DNA from: Octopus vulgaris
Taxonomy: Eukaryota
Assembly (NCBI GenBank): GCA_951406725.2
Contig: OX597829.1
Span: forward strand, 5,270,001 to 5,334,000
Direction: 5' to 3'
DNA length: 64,000 nucleotides
In this document: positions 55,101-64,000 of the stretch, in pieces
Layout: each line of letters starts with the position of its first letter
Numbering within the stretch: the first letter of the stretch is position 1
Made by a program: the position numbers and the translations under genes
Notes under the pieces: model-generated
Seen by the model: only the letters and a program-made list of their open reading frames with translations
Databases searched by the model: none
What the model was told of the DNA's origin: nothing

Positions 55101-55537
55101 GAGAGTATATATATATATATGATATAATACATATATATATATGATATATATGAGTGAAATTATGTGTGTGCACATGAGCATGTATGTGTGTATGCATGTG
55201 TGTGTGCTTGTATGTGTGTGTGCTTGTTTGTGTGTGTGTGTGCGTGTGTGTGTGATTAAAGATGTTGGTGAGGAGATGAAATTAATTGATGCTACTCAAA
55301 CGAAGTCTCCAGCAGTGTTTGTTTCTGCATTAATTAAACAGAGTCATGTCACTCTCACTGTTGGATATATAGGGATCTTTCTTTGGCCCATTGCAAACCA
55401 GTAAACAATGTCACAATTGTATATAGGCTGGAATATAAAATACCAAATATTTTAGTCAAGGAAACTTCCTTTCACAGAGAATTTAAAAAAACCAAAAAAA
55501 ACCCAAATAAAATAAAATTTTAAAAAAAAACAACATT

Positions 55538-55810
55538 TCTCTTCAATATCCTCCTGAAGGACCTGAGAGACCTGCATGGGGTGGATGCGGATGTCTTTAA
55601 AATAAAACTGGATCTCTTCCTGTCAGGTGTCCCAGATGAACCAACTTCACGGCAGGAGGTGCAGATGAGGGCAGCTGCATCGAACTCTCTCATGCACCAA
55701 ATGTCAATTGCTAAAAAGCATTCGTGAAGTAAAATCATGTAGCAACACCAAATGGCGGTGCCCCAGCATAGCCACAGCTCGTGAGCTGAAACTAGATGAA
55801 ATAAAAAAGA
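55538..55810 (+). mobile_element. CR1/L2-group LINE 3' end (5' truncated)
   Basis: LFNILLKDLRDLHGVDADVFKIKLDLFLSGVPDEPTSRQEVQMRAAASNSLMHQ; 3' tail ggcggtgccccagcatagccacagctcgtgagctgaaact. Confidence 0.8.
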
Positions 55811-55968
55811 AAATAATAATAATTTCACGGAATGTAAAATGAATGTCTCTAACACATGACACATGGATTTTAGGATGGTAATGCAGTATGAATAGCCATA
55901 TATTTGTCCCAAGAGCAATCCAAAAGATCATCTTGGAAATCACACATACAAACATACATATAAAGTAC

Positions 55969-56290
55969 AGGCATGGATATGTGGTAAGGAGCTTGCTTAC
56001 CAACCACATGGTTCCGGGTTCAGTCCCATTGCATGGCATTTTGGGCAAGTGTCTTCTACTATTGCATGGCATTATATATGTGTGTGTATGTTTGTGCATG
56101 TATCTTTGTTCGCCACCACTGCTTGACAACCAGCATTGGTGTGTTTATGTCCTTGTAACTTAGTGGCTCAGCAAAAGAGACTGATACAATAAGTATCAGC
56201 CTTAAAAAAAAATAGTCCTGAGAACAATTCTTCAAGGTGGTGCCCCAGCATGGCTGCAGCCTAATGACCACAACAAGTAAAAGATAAGAA
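55969..56290 (+). mobile_element. SINE family A, CpG-decayed copy
   Basis: Family A blocks with CG>TG/CA changes. Confidence 0.85.
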
Positions 56291-56678
56291 GAAAGATTTG
56301 CTCGTATTATATACAGTGACGTAGAAATGGAGTCAGGAATAATTACAAAGGTAGATGGACTGAGAAACAGAAAAGAAGGAAAAAAAATGGATTGGAGGAA
56401 AAGAGGAATAAATAAATATGGAGATTTTGTTTTCTAATAATAATGATTGTTATTGTTTCATTCTTTCATTTGCTTCAGAAACTGGTCTGTGGTAATACTG
56501 CGACACAGTCTTCAAAGTTCAGTTGATCAAATCTACCCAAATATTTATTTTGAGTTTGGTTTTTATTCTGATGGTTCCTTCTTACCAGAGTGCTGACAAT
56601 CATCATCATCATCATCGTCGTCGTCGTCATCATCATCATCATCATCGATTCATTGTCATCATCATCATCATCATCATC

Positions 56679-56709
<31 letters not shown>

Positions 56710-56715
56710 CCACTG

Positions 56716-56759
<44 letters not shown>

Positions 56760-56780
<21 letters not shown>

Positions 56781-57270
56781 TAACATCTGTTTTCCATGCA
56801 GGTATGGGTCAAATGGTTTGACCGGAACTGGCAACCCAGAGAGCTGCATCAAGTTTTCGTCTTCTGTTTTGACCTGGTTTCTATGACTGGTTGCCCTTCA
56901 TAATGCCAGCCATTTTACAGAGTGTACAGCATGGTTTCTGCATGTCACTGGTATTGATGCTTTTTATGTGTCACCAGCACTGGCCACAACCATGATTTCA
57001 CTCAGTCTGACATGTCTTCTCAGGTACAAAAAAATTGCCAGAAGTTTTGGTCACTTGTTACCTTCATAAGATTCAACAACTGAAGATCATATTTTACCAC
57101 CCCATCCTAGGTCTGCCCCTTCCACAAGTTCCCTCCACAATTAGAGATCAGAACTTCTTGACTCAGTTGTCCTCATCCATATGCATCACATGACCGTACC
57201 AGAGCTGTCTTTTCTCTTGCGCACAACATCTGATGCTTCCTATATGCAATTTTACTCAACATCAGTCGTC
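56760..57270 (-). mobile_element. RTE-clade LINE 3' end with long 3'UTR and (GAT)n tail
   Basis: LWYGHVMHMDEDN*VKK...VEGTCGRGRPR; 3'UTR ggcattatgaagggcaaccag...cagatgttagatgatgat. Confidence 0.75.
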
Positions 57271-58544
57271 ACATGGTGATGGGTTGAAAACACAACCCCA
57301 ATGATGCACCCACCCACCCACTCACTTTCATACTCACAGTGTATACATGCACATACATACATATATATATAAATATAAATTTATAAATAAGGATAATATC
57401 GATATTATCCTTATTTATAAATTTATATAATTCATCACTATATTCACTGCGGTGTTTATTTTGACTATATCGCACTTATGAGGTAGTTGGTGGGCAATTT
57501 AAACTGGCTTTGTACATACGTGCATATATATGTATGTATGGACGTTCGTATATGTAAGTATAACGTTTGTTCTGCATATATATATATTTGTATTTATGTT
57601 CCCCTCTGGTATATTCAACTGATGAAAGCAGATCTTATTTGAAGCAAAGCTAGAAATCCAGAATCTTGAATTATCCAGTAATATCTTTGCTAGTTTGTTT
57701 TGTCTCTCTGCCTTATCTCGTGGTGCGATATGAACATTTTAGGTGGTTTTTAGAGTCAGGGATTTGACTGCTATTTCGGCATGGTAGTGTCTCTCAGAAA
57801 CCCTTATTTATAGTTGTATATATAAATACTTATCATAAAGCATTGGTTGGCCCAGGACTAAAGCAGAAGATGCTGCATGGGAAGTTCTTAATACCTCAGA
57901 ACTTAAAGTAATTACTTCATCTCATATTTCAGTAAAATTTTAAAAATTCTTGCATTAACAATTCTGAGGTTTATTTTTATAGCTAAATTTAAAATAGACT
58001 CACAGACTTTGGAATTTAATTCTTGGCAAAGTCAACAGTTCATGCTTACAGGTATGCAATTGTTGTTATTATTACTGTGTCCCCCACCACCTCATCATCT
58101 CTAATCAACAAACTTAATCCCTGAAGGTGTCTTGTTATCATTGTTGTTGTGGATTTGTTTATTCTTAATCTGACCCTGACCAAGCAAACATATGGTAAAA
58201 AAAAAAAAAAACCTTCATTCTACGAATCCCTCATATATATCTTTTCAGTAATGATGTACTTCTGACTATATTTCTAATATACATTTGCTTCTTTAAGACA
58301 GTAAGGGAAATTTGGCTGCCATATCTAGCACATGGAGTACTAGAATTGTTAGTGCACCAAGCAAATTGCTTAACAATATTTTGTCCCACTTTATGTTCTA
58401 AGTTCAAATTATGATGTGGTTGACTTTGCTTTCTACCTTTCAGGGCTTTTTATAAATAAGTACCATTTGAATACCAGAGTCACTGTAATCAACTTCTCCA
58501 TCCTTGAAAAGTGCTGGCCTTGTGTCAAAATATGAAAAGATTCG

Positions 58545-58870
58545 TTACCGTGTCGCCTTACTAGCACTTGTGCTGGTAACATGTGAAATATTTGAGCGAG
58601 TTCGTCGCCAGTGCCACTGGACTGGCTCCTGTACAGGTGGCATGTAAAAAGCACCATTTGGGCATGGCCATTGCCAGTACCATCAAACTGGCCCTTGTGC
58701 TGGTGGCACGTAAAAACCACCCACTACACTCTTGGAGTGGTTGGCATTAGGAAGGGCATCCAGCTGTAGGAACTCTGCCAGATCAGATTGGAGTCTGGTG
58801 CAGACATCTGGTTCGCCAGACCTCAGTCAAATCGTCCAACCCATGCTAGCATGAAAAGCGGACGTTAAAC

Positions 58871-58935
<65 letters not shown>
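58545..58935 (+). mobile_element. RTE-3'UTR-related repeat with (GAT)n tail
   Basis: ggttggcattaggaagggcatccagctgta...cccatgctagcatgaaaagcggacgttaaacgatgatg; related copies at 61455-61640 and 62632-62915 (minus). Confidence 0.8.
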
Positions 58936-58938
<3 letters not shown>

Positions 58939-60331
58939 CGAAGGTCATCAACCTAATAATTTGGTATAATTCACAGAATTTTTACTTCCAGTGCCAAACT
59001 GCACCACTGCCAAACTGCACCACTGCCAAACTGAAGACCACACTGCGATACTCTGACATGTAGTGGTTAATTGTATGGGAAGCAGTTGAAAAGTCTGGAC
59101 ATGTAATACTTTCTCCACTGTCGAGACTATTTCTGGGGAATTATATTCCCTGACCCCATATTCTTTCAACATTGTCTCTGTATCACATGAAAAACTTATT
59201 TTATTGCATTTATCTACTTGATTTTTTATTGCATTTATTTATTTATTTGTTTGTCTTCATGAGATTCCTACTCAATTTCTGTGTGAATCGCCATTTAAAG
59301 TTCTGAAATACCATTTTTCTCTAGTCTGCTCAAACAACTTAGATTTACACAATGGAGTTAGCAATTTTACCATCAGACTTCTGAGAGAAAATCCCATGCT
59401 TTGGAATTTATGAAATAAATAAATAAATTTCAAAAAAAAAAAGTGAAAATGTTGAATTTAGATAGCTAAATAGGTCAAATAGATATCTGAGTAGATCTAA
59501 ACGCTTTTTAAGATGCTGATGTGTAAAAGAGATGACCTTTTAGAGATTTCAGTGAATCCAAGGGTCCTTTCGTAATTGCCTTGTTTTCGGTAAACTGGTA
59601 GACTGGTGAGAAACATTTTTTTAGAGATTTGTATTTTCCATTTTCCTCATTCATTTGTAGAAAATATGTAAAAACTAATTCAGGTGGCAAAAGTCTCTCC
59701 CAATTTTAGTTTTCTTCCCATGTCGTCTGGTAATCTTCTTTTTAATATCAATGTTTTATTGTAAATGTTTTCAAAGAGCTACCCTCTCTTAAATTATTGC
59801 TCAAATTGTTTTCTCTAATAATCATGGAGATGAAAAGCAAATTTCTCTGTGGCAAGACTCTAGTCTATTGTCTATAAACATTCCCAGATTATATATTATA
59901 TATATATATATACATACACACACACTCGTGTGTCTGTGTGTGTGTCTGTGTGTGTGCATGTGTGTGTGTATGTGTGTATACATATACTTGTTATCTATTG
60001 AACCACAACTATATAAATTAAGAAAATGAAGCCTTAAATGTCAGAAATAAGCCAAAACATTTACGGTAGGTTTGAACTTCTGACTTCAATAAGTCAACAG
60101 TTTGACACTTCATCGGATTCTTCACTAAATATCGGTATTTTGTTAATTGCCTGTCTATATGATTAATCTATTTTCATTGACCTGATTGATTAGATGATTC
60201 ATACACATTTTAGATATTTTACTTAACTTGTGGTAACCAGATAAAAAAAAAAAAATCAAGCATATTTTATAATTTAAGTACTTGCTTAGTGTGGACTCAA
60301 TTAGCTGACATATTGCATATGAAGCCACTTT

Positions 60332-60644
60332 GTTGTTGTTGTTTGTTCCTTCTCGAGCCATGCCTGGCTCATAAGGGCTGGTTTCCCAGTTTCCTTGGCG
60401 TATAGGTTCCCCCACCTGGACGGGACACCGGTCCATCGCAGGTGAGCTGCAAGATGCAGGAGGAAAGAGTGAGAGAAAGTTGTGGTGAAAGAGTCAGCAG
60501 GAGTTTCGCCATTACCTTCTGCCGGAGCCGCGTGGAGCTTAGGTGTTTCGCTCATAAACACACATATCATCCGGTCTGAGATTCGAACCTGTGATCCCTC
60601 GACCGCGAGTCTGCTGCTGTAACCACTAGGCCATGTGCCTCCAC
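60332..60644 (-). mobile_element. tRNA-derived SINE family D with (AAC)n tail and 13 bp TSD
   Basis: A box tggcctagtgg, B box ggttcgaatct; cctgcgatggaccggtgtcccgtccagg block; TSD atgaagccacttt at 60319-60331 and 60645-60657. Confidence 0.88.
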
Positions 60645-61922
60645 ATGAAGCCACTTTTAAAAATAGTAATTGATGAATCCATGTAGATAGTCAAGCCAGT
60701 TAGAAGTTTGCTCCTCGATTGCATCAAGCTCTGGGATCATCCCTACAACAGAGCATTTTGGTGTCTCCTAGTGATTGAAAGTTAACTAGATGCCTTGGCC
60801 TGCATTATCTAATATTTCCATTGCACTCTTAAAATTTAAACTGTGAAATTTAAGGGAGATTTCGCTACACTTTCTTGTAGGTAATACTACTCCCCCATGT
60901 GTACTTAAACGCAATGAAATTTTAATTTCAAGCGACTTAGCTTGGCTATTTGAAATTTACTGGTGAAATAAATACCAGCCTTACCCCATGAAGAAACTAT
61001 AGGAACTATTCAGAAATACTGCAAGCTTTAGTGACTAAAGCCATTGCAATGTCAGTAGTAGTCCTTCAGTATCATCAGCAGGTATCTTAGGCTCACAAAA
61101 ATTTTGTTCCTTAACCTGTGTGTCACACCTGAGTGGAGCAGAAAGGACTAAGTTAACCTTCACCTACAGAAGGGCTCCATATACAACCTACTGACAACCA
61201 CACCTACTTAGTTGATTATACTGACACCAGAACTTATTTCAGTTTGGTATACGTTTTATTATTCATTATTTGTCACACAACCAACAAATAATGGAGTATA
61301 AAACGATACATGAACAGGATTACCTTTTGGTTTATATACATATAAGTATTAATGTAAATGTAGACAGCTTCACGCACATGATTACATCCATCCGTCCATC
61401 TATCCATTCATCCATACATACATACATGCATACATACATACACACCTACATATATCATCGTCATCAATTAACATCCTCTTTCCATACTAGTATGAGAGGG
61501 ATGGTTAAATGGGTCCTGGCAAGCCAGATGTCTGTGTCAAGCTGCACTGTCTACTTTGGCATGGTTTCTACAGCTGGATGCCTTTCCTAATGCTAATCAC
61601 TTTAAAAGAACATAGCGGATGCATTTTTTACACAGCACCAGCCACCAGTGAATAACCTGCAACATAAGAACCCCTCAGCTGAGATGGCGAGTAGTATTGA
61701 GGGAAGTGTCTTTGTGCCAGGTGATGGAAGGGTAAAAATATGAATAGAAACGGAAAAAGATAAGTGCCTGGCTGTTAGAGGAGAATTAATCTAGTTTTAC
61801 CTGCCTGAAAAACAAACTTCTTGGCCATATTCATGCTTCTGTAGTATGTGTGTGCATGTGTGTGTGTTGCATGTGTATGTATTATATGTGTGTTTGTTGC
61901 ATATGTATTTATGTGTTGTGTG

Positions 61923-61955
<33 letters not shown>

Positions 61956-62631
61956 GCATGCTTACATGTTGTGGGTGTGTGTGATCTAAAACATATGGAT
62001 TTGAACCAGCCTTCTGATTGTTTGACCCAGCAGTTCTTGGAGATAATTATAATTTAAAATTATGCAGACTTAATATTGGTTTATCTGTGTCTAGACATAA
62101 AAATCCTATTTTGCAGAGAAGTGGAAGCAGAATGTTATAAATGATGCATTTTGCAAAATATACAGTAATATATACAGTAATTGTGTGAGTGATGTCAAAT
62201 AGCTTTCCAAATGAAGATGTCACATTGTAGAATTAATAATGGAAAATTGGTGTTTTAAAAGAAAGAGATTATTGTTCATAATTAGCCATTAATTAATTTT
62301 TAGACCATTTCTTACATTCTTCAAAATTCCTCAGTGATGGACAGTAAACAAAGAGATCAAAGTATTATGATGAGTGTGTTTCAACTTCAAAATGGGTCTT
62401 TTGAGTGCATCTGAAAAGAATTAACTTATTTAGTGCTGAATAGAATTTCACTTAGGAAATGAAGTGTGTAGGTCAGATTGACTTACAATATTAAATTTAC
62501 TAATGTTCCAAATTCAAGTCCCTCGGAGGTTGTTTTGGTATTTTGTTATTCAAGTGTCAATATGAGAAGCATGCATTAAGTACTAACATTAATTTCATCA
62601 AATCATCCCTTCTTGTGCATACATCAGAATT

Positions 62632-62915
62632 CATCATCATCATCATCATCATCGTTTAAGGTCTGCTTTCCATGCTAGCATGGGTTGGATGATTTGATTG
62701 AGGGCTGGTGAACCAGATGGCTGCACCAGGCTCCAGTCTGATCTGGCAGAGTTTCTACAGCTTGATGCATTTCCTAATGCCAACCACTCCATGAGTGTAG
62801 TGGGTGCTTTTACATGCCACCGGCATGAGGGCTGGTCAGGCGGTAACTGGCAATGGCTGCTCTCAAATGTTGTTTTTTACATGCCACCTGCACAGGAGCC
62901 AGTCCAGCGGCACAG
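62632..62915 (-). mobile_element. RTE-3'UTR-related repeat
   Basis: Reverse complement of 58620-58890. Confidence 0.8.
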
Positions 62916-63303
62916 CATTGCTTGCCATTTTCTGATTTTTGTTGCTAGTTCTTCCCTTACAGAGCTCTAAGGTAAATAATTCCAACTGTGACCATCATAA
63001 CTGTTTTGAAACTGTGTATCTAAAAACCAACTAATGAATAGGAAAAAGGAATGGAAAAGGAGTAATAGGGGAAAGATTTAGTTACTATATTTGTTATTGT
63101 TATTTAGTTCTGTTTGAGCAGACCTATGACTAAAAACATTCCAGCTGGGTCCATTCTATAATTTTGATAATCACAGACTAAAGAGCCTCTAATTTTTAAT
63201 TCTAAGATAACAGGTTGTGGTTCACAGGTAATCTGGCTGCTATATCAAGCTGATCAGATGATCATGTAAAGCTTCTTTTATGGGTGCGCATACTTAGTAT
63301 AGG

Positions 63304-63342
<39 letters not shown>

Positions 63343-63585
63343 CTGCCTTCAAAGTATCACAGGATTAGCAAAGCCAATCCAGAGAGACTTTGGAATCACA
63401 CTTGCATTAGTTTTAGTCTTTGTTTACGTTCTACATTTGGTGAAGCGAGATATATTTTAGTTAATATTTCTGGCAATTTTGAACATGAAAACACACACTT
63501 TAAATATATATATGTATGTATATGTGTATGGATATATACAGTAGGTGAGCATATGTATGTGTGTGCCTCTGTATATATCATATAT

Positions 63586-63668
<83 letters not shown>

Positions 63669-64000
63669 TGTATACACATATATAAATATATATACATATA
63701 TGTATATACAAATACATTTAAAGATGTATATATAAGTATATATATGAATACATGTGTGTGTGAATATATGTATTAATTCCTCTCAATTCCTGACAGTCAA
63801 AGAAGAGAAAATAAACGAAAGACAGACAAATGTAGAAAGCTCCACGCATGTGTAGCTTGCATGTGGCGAATAGTATTATTTTAGTCAATGTTATTATGAA
63901 GAAAACTATTTTTCTAATGAATATAGTTCGCTTAGGGCAGAACTATTTCTTGGTTCTGAAGAGATCATAGTCTCTTTGAAGCAGGTTTTCAGGGTTTCAG

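Noticed and set aside
58948-59690. Possible host exons (ORFs 58948-59172 and 59508-59690)
   Set aside because: No recognisable domain and no convincing paired splice sites.

Overview
Eukaryotic, AT-rich, microsatellite-saturated genomic DNA. The repeat landscape (tRNA-head SINEs with internal microsatellites, R4/Dong-type LINE debris in (TAA)n tracts, Tc1 fossils) is most consistent with a cephalopod, probably Octopus; this is an inference. Only one host coding exon is well supported. It is the first coding exon (minus strand, 1063-514) of a secreted coiled-coil protein that ends in '...LPR-G|GTAAG', probably a fibrinogen-domain (angiopoietin-like/scabrous/FReD) gene continuing left of the window. 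The rest is upstream or intergenic DNA made of decayed R4/Dong, L1/Tx1, RTE and CR1-type LINEs, four tRNA-derived SINE families, Tc1 transposase pseudogenes, non-autonomous Helitrons, MITEs, long palindromes and simple repeats. The most notable signal, absent from the ORF track, is a set of about ten minimal type I hammerhead-ribozyme motifs plus several fragments. They follow CUGANGA-stem II-GAAA-palindromic stem III-NUH, belong to several unrelated sequence families, and sit in short cassettes embedded in (TA)n tracts, resembling Penelope-like pLTR/retrozyme cassettes. One family brackets a roughly 2 kb ORF1-only (zinc-knuckle, no RT) cassette in a Penelope-like inverted/direct terminal-repeat layout. 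All coordinates were read by eye, and edges of degenerate elements are approximate.
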